From: Octopus vulgaris
Taxonomy: Eukaryota
NCBI GenBank assembly: GCA_951406725.2
Contig: OX597816.1
Location: 57,536,001-57,600,000 of the forward strand
Length of the DNA stretch: 64,000 bases
Reading direction: 5' to 3'
Below are positions 53,118-64,000 of the stretch, one piece after another. The position numbers and the translations under genes are program-made. How positions within the stretch are numbered: the stretch's first letter is position 1; each line of letters opens with the position of its first letter. Under the pieces are notes generated by a model that was not told the DNA's origin, searched no databases, and worked only from the letters and a program-made list of their open reading frames with translations.

Positions 53118-53546
53118 ATGATGATGATGATGATGATATTTATATATAATTATTTCTAGCCCACTCTCTGTATATGTATATTGTATGCAAATCACACAGA
53201 TATGTATGTGTATGCATATACACCCCACATTCACCAGCATGTATTTTTTTCATATTCATTTACTACATGTTGTTTTACACCTATTACACTTCTTTTTTTT
53301 TTTGCTTGGGTCAAACCCTTTAGTTTGACCCTCTGTTTTTTGTTTTTTTATTAAACTCAAAATTAATTTTAATTTTAGAAAAATGGGTAAGTGGCTGTGT
53401 GATAAGTAGCTAGCTTCCCAACCATATGGTTCTGGGTTCAGTCCCACTGCATGACACCTTGAGCAAGTGCTTTCTACTATAAATTTGGGCCGACGAAAGC
53501 CTTGTGAGTGGATTTCATAGACAGAAACTGAAAGAAGACTGTTGTA

Positions 53547-54956
53547 TCTCTTATCTCTTATGATAAAAGGCAGATTTTCTCTGCCTGTTCCCATGTTTCT
53601 TTTTAATACAATTCTACAATATAGAATTTCTTCAATTGGAATTTACCTATGATTTTTCCAAGTAGATTCGATTGGGTCATGGCATGTAAAGTTTTTTCAA
53701 TTTGACCCCCAATTAAGCAAAAATTCGAGAAAACTCAATATTTTACAATTTGCCTCTCTCATTTCAAGTGGTTTACTCCTATTACCACCACACTTTCTCC
53801 TACTTTCTCTTTGCAAGTGTGAAATTATTAAAGTGAAAGTATTATATAACAGGGATGAGCCATTAATACTGGTCATCCTTTTTGCTAGAGAAAGATCTGC
53901 TATGGTCTTATATGCTACACCACTGGTTTTCAATTCATATTAATCAAATTAATATTCATTTTTCCACCCTTATTATGTGTGTGTGTGTGTGTGTATTAGC
54001 AATTCGTATAAAATTGCATCAATGACTTGAACTTGAATAAGTGGTTTCACATAAATGGGGATAAATTAAAAAGGTTTGTTGTTATTATTATTACTGTTTG
54101 ACTATTGTAATCACGTTTGTTGGTTCCTCGTCAGGGAAACGTTGTTGTGTTGCATTTGTTAAATAATTGTAAACCGTAACTCTCCCCCTTTCGGAGAAGG
54201 GGTTTTGGTTATTGTTTAAAAATTGAATTGTGTCCCTGTTTGGGGAAATTGACAATATTTTCACTGTCTTTACGGAAGCATTTTTGTTCAAATGCCTTCG
54301 ATAGAAGAAAGTCCAAAAATGAATTTCACTGCAGCCATACACGTCTATACAAGAGGGAGGACAAGATCCAATTGATCAAAATTGAAAGAGACGGGCCTAC
54401 AATTCCAGTCTGTTATATATTTCGAGTATTGTTATCACTAGCGATATCAAGATATAACTTTGTATTTTGTATTTTATGTGTAGATGTATATATATAGATG
54501 TACATGTAATATGTACACATATATATATACACATATATACATGCATAATATATCTACCCATACACACATACACACACACACACACACACATACATAGGGG
54601 CAGGTGTGGCTGTGTGGTAACAAACTATGTTCCAAACACATGGTCCTGGGTTCAGTCCCACTGTGTGCTGACTTGGCATGTGTCTTCTGCTGTAGCTTCA
54701 GACCAACAAAAGCCTTCTCAATGGATTTTGTACATATATACAGGCATACATACATATATATACATGCATACGTACATATTCGGCATAAACACTCTACCAC
54801 TACAACTAATAACTGTTGGGAACACACACTTACAAATACATTCATTCGCCGTAAACTTATATCAATATTTGCCTGAATAATCATCATAATTCAGTGCAAT
54901 CATTAACAGTACTTTCAAGCAATTCAGCCCCGAGCATCGCCGGGCAATTCTGCTAG
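53547..54956 (+). mobile_element. Non-autonomous Helitron with nested SINE and microsatellite
   Basis: 5' a|TC and 3' CCCGAGCATCGCCGGG hairpin, then CTAG|t at 54953-54957. Confidence 0.65.
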
Positions 54957-57220
54957 TATATATATATAAGTAACCTTTTTCTATTTAAGAAATATTATTG
55001 TATACTATATAACTATTGATTGTTAAATTTGAATTTATAATTTTTTTATTTGTTAATGATAATTTAGATATGTACATTTATTTAATTATTATAACTGAAC
55101 GTAAATATTAAGATATTAGTTGGTCACTTTGCAATATAGATCGTAAAAATGTTTTTGATAATAGTAATAATAAGTATTTTATAAAGATAGGTTATAGGTT
55201 TTTAATTTGAATTTTTCAATTCTTAAATTGTATTTCATAAATATATTCTATAGATATCTCTAATATTTATGTAAGTAATAATGAACTAATTTATTTTTGG
55301 TTATATGTTTATACATTTATTGATAGCGAAAATTTTAGATTTTTATTTACTATATGTATTTATCATTTTATAATTATTATATGCGAACTAAAATCTAAAA
55401 ATATTAATAAGGATTATTTTGTTAAATAATTTGGTAATTAAATATTGGAGTATAACTGAGTTAAAGATATTTGACAGTTTATTAATGTTTTTTAAGCCAA
55501 ATTATATCTTCACAGATAAATACATATTTCTATCTTTTTTTCTTTTTTTTTACCTTAAATATTAAATATTTAACATAATAAATGGTTTGTAGGAAATAAT
55601 CCTAATGTTTTAAGTTTCAAATTTAGTTAATGGAGTTTTTCTATAAGAAAAATTATTATTCTATTTATTTTTTAAATAAATATTGTTTAACTCTATTTGC
55701 TTATTTATTTAACTATTATCGTTAACCTGAAGATTAACTATAATTTTAAATTGAATTTATCTCTATTGAATTAAAATTTAATTGTAATTCGAATTTAATT
55801 GTAGCCATGAAACGTACGTAGTTTTTCCACTTATTGATCACTCCTTATACTTTTTGAAATCTAGTTATATGTTTTATAAAAATATATCTCATTTGTTATT
55901 TATGTTTTGGTTTATGTCTATCACTGTTTGAGTTGCATAATAGTGGTTTTATACTCTCTTTTACTCGTTTCAGTCATTTGACTACGGCCATGCTGGAGCA
56001 TCGCCTTTTAGTAGAGTAAATCGACCCCAGGACTTATTCTTTGTAAGCCTAGTACTTATTCTATCAGTCTCGGGGATGTAAGCACACCAAGCGATGTTGG
56101 GGGACAAACACAGACAAACACACACTTATATATACATATATACGACGGGCTTCTTTCAGTTTCTGTCTACTAAATCCACTCACGAGGCTTTGGTCAGAAG
56201 ACACTTGCCCAAGGTGCCATGCAGTGGGACTGAACCTGGAACCATGTGGTTAGTAAGCAAGCTACTTACCACACAGCCACTCCTGTGCTTACTCTAATTT
56301 ATATTAGATGTATGTGTAATGTCAGTGTACATACTCGACAGAGTGTAAGTACCTTAAGAGAAAGGTTGGATCTAAGAAGCATCAGATGTGGTGTGCAAGA
56401 GAGACGACTGCACTGGTATGGGCATGTGGTGAGAATGGATGAGGATAGCTGTGGGAAAAAGTGCCACACCCTAGCAGTTGAGGGAACCTGTGGAAGAGGT
56501 AGACCCAGGAAAACCTGGGACGAGGTGGTGAAGCACGACCTTCAAACATTAGGTCTCACCGAAGCAATGACCAGTGACCAAGACTTTTGGAAATATATTG
56601 TGCTTGAGAAGACCCAACAAGCCAAGTGAGACCATAACCTTGTGGCCTATGCCAGGGGTGTAACCAGCCCACTTATGCGTACCTTCCCTTCATTGGACAC
56701 TGCTTGCGAAGACCTGTTGATGCAAGTGAAATTGGAATCGAAATCAAATTCGATGACTGGCATCCGTGCTACTTTAGCACTAAGAGCACCATCCGAGCAT
56801 GATCATTGCCAGCGTCGCTTTACTGGCACTTGTGCCGTTGTGCAGGTGACACGTAAAAAAAACATGATTTTTTCGTGGCCATTGCCAGTACCACCTGACT
56901 GGCCCTCATGCCGGTGGTACGTAAAAGCACACACTACACTCTCGGAGTGGTTGGCGTTAGGAAGGGCATCCAGCTGTAGAAACTCTGCCAGATCAAGATT
57001 TGAGCCTGGTGCAGCCATCTGGTTCGCCAGACCTCAGTCAAATCATCCAACTCATGCAAGCATGGAAAGCAGACGTTAAATGATGATGATGTTGATGATG
57101 ATATATATGTATGTATGTGTGTATGTATGTGTGTATGTATGTGTGTATGTATGTATGTATGTATGTATGTATATGTATATATATACCTCCTTGTTTCTCT
57201 CCGTGTTTCTTTTCTGTGTA

Positions 57221-57258
57221 TCTTTCTGTTGAAGAGTGTAGGCTCGAAACGTAAAAGA
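57221..57258 (+). ncRNA. Hammerhead-like motif, family B (core CUGUUGA)
   Basis: UCUUU CUGUUGA A GAGU-GUAG-GCUC GAAA CGUA AAAGA, with palindromic ACGU stem III, a GUA triplet and a 5-bp stem I. Confidence 0.55.
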
Positions 57259-58396
57259 CTTGTTTTATTTATATTCCTGAGCACCATACTAATACAATTG
57301 TTTGTTTGTATTCCACCTGCCTTCATCTTTTGTTTATTTTCATAAAGCTTCCCGTTATATATAATATATATATAAGTATGTATATGTGTGCTTATGTTAG
57401 GTGTGTTTGTATTTGTCCTCCCGCCAACATCACTTGACAACCGATGTTGGTGTGTTTATGTCCCCGTCACTATGCAGTTCGGCAAAAGAGACCGATAGAA
57501 TAAGTACTAGGCTTACAAAGAATAAGTCCTGGGGTCGATTTGCTCGACTAAAAGTGGTGCTCCAGCATGGCCACAGTCAAATGATTGAAACAAGTAAAAG
57601 AAAGACCTGAAACCTATCTGAACAACAGGAAGAAAGAATACACGCTCAGATGTACTCAATACCTTTTAGAATGGGAAACAGTGAAAACAGACTAAATTTT
57701 CTTTGAAGAGTGATAAACCATAAAACGAAGACGTAGAACCAGAGTGAAAAAACTAACACTTCTTTTCTTCAAGCTTAGATTCGTTTCTGAATCTAAGGAT
57801 TCTCGCTCATATGATCATCACTGACCAAGCAGGCATGAGGGAAAATTTCTTTGTCCGGTCAAAAAATGATAAATCATCTCCTTTTGATCTATGACTTCAG
57901 CCATGTCGGGTGAAGTTCAAATGGACAGGAGCTGACCTATTTACACACAATCTCTCTTGCAGTATGTCTGTCTTTCTGGCTGTCACGGCTATTATAAATA
58001 CTGTGGTCAGCAAAGAGACAGGCAGAGAGGACTTGGGATGAAGAGAGAATGACAAGATAGCCAACTACTTTCTCAGATGAACAAGGCACACACACACAAA
58101 ACATATTCAGTTTGACCACATCATATAAGAGGTGCTTCCCATTGATTTTATTCTTCTCAACTCGTAGTAGTTGACGACAAATCAATGTAGTGAAAAATTG
58201 TGTATATCAAAAGCAAATGCAAGTCCAGTAAATAAATTATTTAAACTACAAATCAATGTCATTCAATTATCTACTTCGGAGGCATCCACATGCCTATCGC
58301 ATCTGTTTACCTCAACACATTCTGATGCACTTTTTCCACAACAAGAGCACTGTTATGTATTGATCACACAAATTAATTCCAACAGCAGATCAATAT

Positions 58397-59894
58397 AATC
58401 TATACTATGATGTCAAATCCATTTAGAAATGCAAGTGGATATATTTTAGTCATGGTGAACCCATTCTCCGTTTAGTTCATGGATAGAATCTTCAGAGTTT
58501 CCCATAAATGGTTTTGTGGTATTTGCTTTGGCTGCTTTTACTTTCTGAATTCGAATTACACAAAAGTCAACTACATCTCTTTCCCCTCCAGGGTCAATAA
58601 AGCAAATTATCAATCATATTCTAAAACCAATTGGAACTAGTCAATTATTTCCGTCAAATTTCTGATTAGAGACTGATTCAAACTACGCATGTGCAGTCAT
58701 TTTGTTTCCCAAACTTAAGCGTTATTAGAACGTGTCCACCTGTTCTAAATTTCTTAATTAACTGGTTATTGATTGCATATATAATATGTAAACGGAGTCC
58801 TTAAATTAGTAAGTGTCTTTCTTTTACTTGTTTCAGTCATTTGGCTGCGGCCATGCTGGAGTACCGCCTTTAATCGAGCAACTCGACCCCAGGACTTATT
58901 CTTTGTAAGCCCAGTACTTATTCTATCGGTCTCTTTGCCGAACTGCTAAGTGACGGGGACATAAACACACCAGCATCGGCTGTCAAGCGATGTTGGGGGG
59001 ACAAACACAGACATACAAACTCACACACACACACATATATATATATATACATATATACGACGGGCTTCTTTCAGTTTCCGTCTAACAAATTCACTCACAA
59101 GGCTTTGGTTGGCCCGAGGCTATAGTAGAAGACACTTGCCCAAGGTGCCACGTAGTGGGACTGAACCCGGGACCATGTGGTTGGTAAACAAGCTACTTAC
59201 CACACAGCCACTCTTGCGCCTATCTAATTAATTTATTTATAATTACTTTATTTCTCCTTGCACATTTCATCATCATCAGCATTGTCATCGTTTAACATCT
59301 GGTTTGACTATGGCTGGCAAGCCAGGAGGCTGTACCAGACCCCAATCCAATCTGGCAGAGTTTCTACGGCTGGACACCCTTTCTAATGCCAACCACTCCG
59401 AGAGTGTAGTGGGTGCATTTTATGTACCACCGGCACAGGAGCCATTCAGGCAGTACTGGTAACGACCATGCTCGAATGGTGCTCTTTACATACCATCAGT
59501 ATGGGTGCCAGTCAGGTGGTACTGTCATCAACCACAATGATTTAACTTGCTTCAATAGGTCTTCACAAGTGCAGTTTATTGCCCAATGATTGAAGGGTAC
59601 TCTTAAATGGGCTGGTTATGCTGCTCTGGCATAGGCCACAGTTATGGTCTCACTTGGCTTGGGTATAGAATATAAAAATTGGATTTAAAAGGTGTGACAG
59701 GTGGCAGGACTAATTATGTTCTTGCTAATTATTGTAATCGTTTTTTTCTTTTGATACTAAATGATATTTACTGACACAAACCACAATGCATAAAATATCT
59801 GAAGAGATAGTTTTTATTTCTAAAAGGAAGACAAACCATTTATTTGTTCCAGAAATGGTTTAAAGACAAAAACCAAAGACGTCATTGTTTATTG
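58397..59894 (-). repeat. Arm 2 of the inverted duplication, broken by two SINE insertions
   Basis: See 40098-40800. The insertions at about 58818-59222 and 59260-59675 are absent from arm 1. Confidence 0.92.
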
Positions 59895-61067
59895 TTTCCT
59901 GATCCCTTATCTGGTTGTCAATGTGGAAACTAAGGAAAAATGAGTGATTGGTGAGTACTGTACAACCCTCAGTAAGGTGAGGGTTGGCAACGAGTATAGC
60001 AAAGAATTCAGGGTAGAAGTAGGGGTTCACCAAGAATCAGCCCTCTTGTTCATCATTGTCTTCCAGACAATATCAGCAGAATTCAAGACAGGTTGCCCCT
60101 CAGAGCTCCTCTATGCTAATCACCTTGCTCTAATAGCTGAGTCACTATCAGAACTAGAAGAGAAATTTCAGGTGTGGAAGCAAGGTCTAGAATCGAAGGG
60201 CTTTAGAGTCAATCTAGCAAAAAGCAAAGTCTTAATAAGTAGGAAGACAGACAAACAACAAATTGCTTCAGGTAGATGGCCCTGCTCGATCTGTAGAAAA
60301 GGTGTAAGTAGAAATTCTATAAGATGTACCCAGTGTAAGCTATGGACACATAAGAGGTGTAGCAATATCAAAGGAAGGTTAACTGGAAAGATAGTTTTGC
60401 ATATGGCAAATGCTCAGGGACAATAAACACTGAAAATGTGCAGAAAACAGCTTCTGTCACATTCTAGGAGGAAAAACTACAAGTAGTTGATAGCTTCCGT
60501 TACCTAGGTGACCAAGTCAGTAGTGGGGGTGGATGCTCTGAAAGTGTAGCTGCTAGAATAAGAATAGCCTGGGCAAAGTTCAGAGAGCTCCTACCTCTGC
60601 TAGTGACAAAGGGCCTCTCGCTCAAAGTGAAAAGTAGACTGTATGATGCATGTGTGCAAACTGCCATGCTACATGGCAATGAAACATGGGCTGTGACTGC
60701 AGAGGACATGCATAAGCTTGAAAGAAATGAAGCTAGTATGCTCCGATGAATGTGTAATGTCAGTGTGCATACATGACAGATTGTAAGTGCTCTGAGAGAA
60801 AAGTTGGACATAAGAAGCATCAGATGTGGAGTGCAAGAGAGACAACTGTACTGGTATGGTCATGTGTTACATATGGATGCCGACAGCTGCATGAGGAAGT
60901 ACCACTCCCTAACTGTAGAAGGAACCTATGGAAGAGATAGACCCAGGAAGATATAGGATGTGGTGGTAAAGCATGACTTTCGAACGTTGGACCTCATAGA
61001 GGCAATGACAAGTGACCAAGACCTTTGGAGATATGCTATGTTTGAGAAGACCAGGCAAGCCAAGTGA
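59895..61067 (+). mobile_element. RTE-like LINE, 3' ~1.2 kb (RT C-half with internal Cys/His finger), degenerate
   Basis: GVHQESAL, LLYANHL (YADD position), FRVNLAKSKV, VVDSFRYLG, AARIRIAWAKFREL, LHGNETW and LYWYGHV, with stops and frameshifts. Confidence 0.9.
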
Positions 61068-61842
61068 GATCGTAGTTGTGGCCGATGCCAGTGTCACATA
61101 ATTAGCCCGTTTAAAACCACCTTTCAATTGCTGGGCGACATGACATGCTTGTGAAGACCTTTTGAGCCAAGTGAAATGGCAGTCATAGTTGATGCCAGTG
61201 CCGCCTGACTGGCACATAAAAAACACCATTCAAGCATGGTTGATGCCAGTGCCACCTAAACATTTGAGCATGACTTATGCTAGTGCTGCCTGACTGGCTC
61301 CCATGCCGGTGGTACATAAAAAGCATCATTTGAGTGTGGCTGAAGCCAGTGTCGCTTAACTGGCTCCCATACCAGTAGCACGTAAAAGCACTCACTACAC
61401 TCTTGAAGCAGTTCGTGTTAGGAAGGGCATCCAGCTGTTGAGACCTTGTCATATCTGATTGGAGCCTGGTGCAGCCTCCTGGCTTGCCAGTCCTTGGTCA
61501 AACCGTCCAACCCATGCCAGCATGGAAAGCAAACATTAACCCATGGTGATGATGATGTTGTAACTGTATATTTATATCTATGTCCTCTTTTTTTCTTTCA
61601 TAGAACTCTGATTTATGCTTGGAGATTATATGGAAGTTACACTGCACTAATGTTCTGACGTTTGGAACTTACTTGCATCTGTAAGTATTTCTAACTTGTT
61701 TCTTAGTCATGTTGTAGTAGCTTCTTGTGAATCTGTGGCCTGAATCCCTGCTTGGACTAGCGAACCTCTCTATGATAATTAAAGCCTTCACCCACTACAC
61801 TCTCAGTTGTTGGCATTAGGAAGGGCATCCAGCTGATGTACT

Positions 61843-61913
61843 CTCCAGCCTTCATTAGGCGTCTTGGAGAAATTTCGAACCTGGGTTCTCATTCCTAAGG
61901 TATTTTCCAGTGA

Positions 61914-61959
<46 letters not shown>

Positions 61960-62196
61960 TAGGAATCGAACTGGAATCGAACTTGGAATCTTGGGATTAG
62001 TAGCCAGCGCTCTTAACCACTCTCTATATGTCTCCATTGAAGTCTAATGTCAATTAGATAATACAGTTCTATATTTAAGAGATGAGGAATTATGTACATT
62101 ATTTACATTATTTACATTCGACAGATATTTGTCCTCGTCTTGTTTGTTGTCAACAAACAAGGTGAACATAATTCCTCATCTCTTAAGTATAGAACT
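61843..62196. mobile_element. Fragments of the tRNA-head/hammerhead-tail element
   Basis: 61843-62021 (-) runs from head to stem II. 62064-62196 is two 3' tails fused in opposite orientation. Confidence 0.8.
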
Positions 62197-62419
62197 CTAT
62201 CCATAAAGAAAAAAGTTTCTTTAGAAGTCTGTACAGCAAGAAACAGCTGGGTCTCTTTCAACTTATCCAAATGAATGTGTGATAGATGAAATAAGAGCTT
62301 TGAGAACAGCATCTATAAAACGAGTTTTCAAACATTGAATGGCTTTGGGAGTTCACCACAGTAAAGCAGTAATCAAAGGCATTCAAAAATAATAATTGGT
62401 TGGGAATCACTCATCTATA

Positions 62420-63490
62420 GTGACACTTCTTGTACTTCATTGCAGGCAAATAATGGGTTCCAAGCAGATGAAATACACCGTTATCTATTTCTTGATGAAG
62501 GAGGCTACAGGTTATCTGACATCCACAGAAGAACACAGAATGTTTGCAAAGATGACATCATTGAGAAGACGAATATGCACAGATGAATGGAGAAATATAT
62601 AAAGTAACAGAAACCAGCTTTGAAGGTAAGCGATGCAGTGGAAGTCCATCAATTGCTACCCCTGATACGAATTACTGGTGAGTGGACAAATTGATTCTCA
62701 TGGACAGACAAATAACAATCAGTGAACTTGCTGCATGGCTACACTGGGGCCACACTGCATAACAGAAAATGATGGAAGGCTTTGGATACTGGAAAGTGCA
62801 TGTAAAGAGCCTATTGCAGCAGTTAACCCCTTATTCACAGGAAACAAGGGCAGATATCTGCTCTCTTTTACTGAAAGCATTTGAAACCAATGAAGACACG
62901 TCTTGTTCTGATCTGGTAAGAAGGGATGAAATGAAGGCTTAGTCCATGGAATTGTGTTATGCTGTCTCTTCTACAAAAGCTAAGAAGTTCATGAGACAGT
63001 GACCAGTACAGACTTACATGGTGGCTGTTTTGGGGGGATTACAAGGTTGTCGTTCCCTTTGATTTGCTGGAATGCAGCTGTACGGTGAAGAGAGCAATGC
63101 ATATTGATGCACCTGAAAAGCTTAAAGAAGACATCGAGAAGGAAAATACCAAACAAGAAACTAAAATCACTGCACACTGACCGTGACAGTTTGTGACCAC
63201 AGACACATCTTTGGTAACAAATCAGGCAGTCAGGAAGTTGAGTGGATTAATGGTCCCTATCGACCATAAAGCCTGGATCTGACACCCTCCAACTTCTATC
63301 TGTTTGGTCCAATGAAGAACAGTCATTGGAGACAATGATTTGGAGACACAGACGAGATGAGGTGGTTGTGACTGTGAAGAAGTGGCTGAAGCAGTGTACA
63401 ACTGAAATTTTTTCAAAAGTGGTTTCCAGGATCGGTTTCAAACATGGCACGAATACATCGCTTGTAATGGAGACTATGTACAATGGCACC
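62420..63490 (+). mobile_element. Highly degenerate mariner transposase relic
   Basis: P*SLDLTPSNFYLFGPMK (YSPDL motif) at about 63264-63317, EVVVTVKKWL, and ..ACNGDYV at the C-terminus. Confidence 0.75.
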
Positions 63491-64000
63491 GTTGCACAGA
63501 AGAAGAATTACTCTACCAAATTGTGCAGTTTGAATGACCTATGTCTGTTATGCCTATTCTTGCATTGCTATAATCCTTGTGTGTGTACAGATGGTGTACT
63601 AGTCCAGTCATGAGAACATCACACAGAAAATGTCTTGGTATAGCAGATACCAAGGCGGCGAGCTGGCAGAAACGTTAGCATGCCAGGCGAAATAATTAGC
63701 GGTATTTCATCTGCCGTTACATTCTGAGTTCAAATTCCGCCGAGGTCAACTTTGCCTTTCATCCTTTCGGGGTCGATTAAATAAGTACCAGTTATGCACT
63801 GGGATCGATATAATCGACTTAATCCGTTTGTCTGTCCTTGTTTGTCCTCTCTGTGTTTAGCCCCTTGTGGGTAGTAAAGAAATAGGTATAGCAGATAACC
63901 TTCCGCAAAGGCTCTCATTGAAAATGTAAGAGAAATCCTTCCTTGAGATTTAAACCTGAATGTTTAAGTTCTAAAACCCAAACTGCTCATAAACAAGATC

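Noticed and set aside
54960-55930. Mitochondrial insertion (NUMT)
   Set aside because: AT-richness alone is not enough; I could not recognise any mitochondrial gene, tRNA or rRNA motif.

Overview
AT-rich, repeat-dense animal genomic DNA. The SINE, microsatellite and LINE complement suggests a coleoid cephalopod such as Octopus, but that is an inference. The only host protein-coding gene I can support is the 3' end of a + strand multi-EGF (MEGF6-like) gene: four phase-1 EGF exons at 884-6075 and a candidate terminal exon at 11205-11260 ending ...TRRGDVHWNDHYSK*. The rest is mostly mobile DNA: tRNA-derived SINEs, RTE and R4/Dong-like LINE remnants, mariner relics, Helitrons (a PIF1 helicase fragment and non-autonomous copies), hAT- and piggyBac-type MITEs, and two solo-LTR-like elements. 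The most unusual signal is a short element with a tRNA-derived head and a minimal type I hammerhead-ribozyme motif. It repeatedly occurs with an inverted 5' partner that stops about 32 nt short of the 3' end, which is a Penelope-like (PLE) integration signature. Several other hammerhead-like families are present, as is an inverted duplication about 18 kb apart with a near-identical core. Most listed ORFs are microsatellite or SINE artefacts. All alignments were done by eye and element boundaries are approximate.
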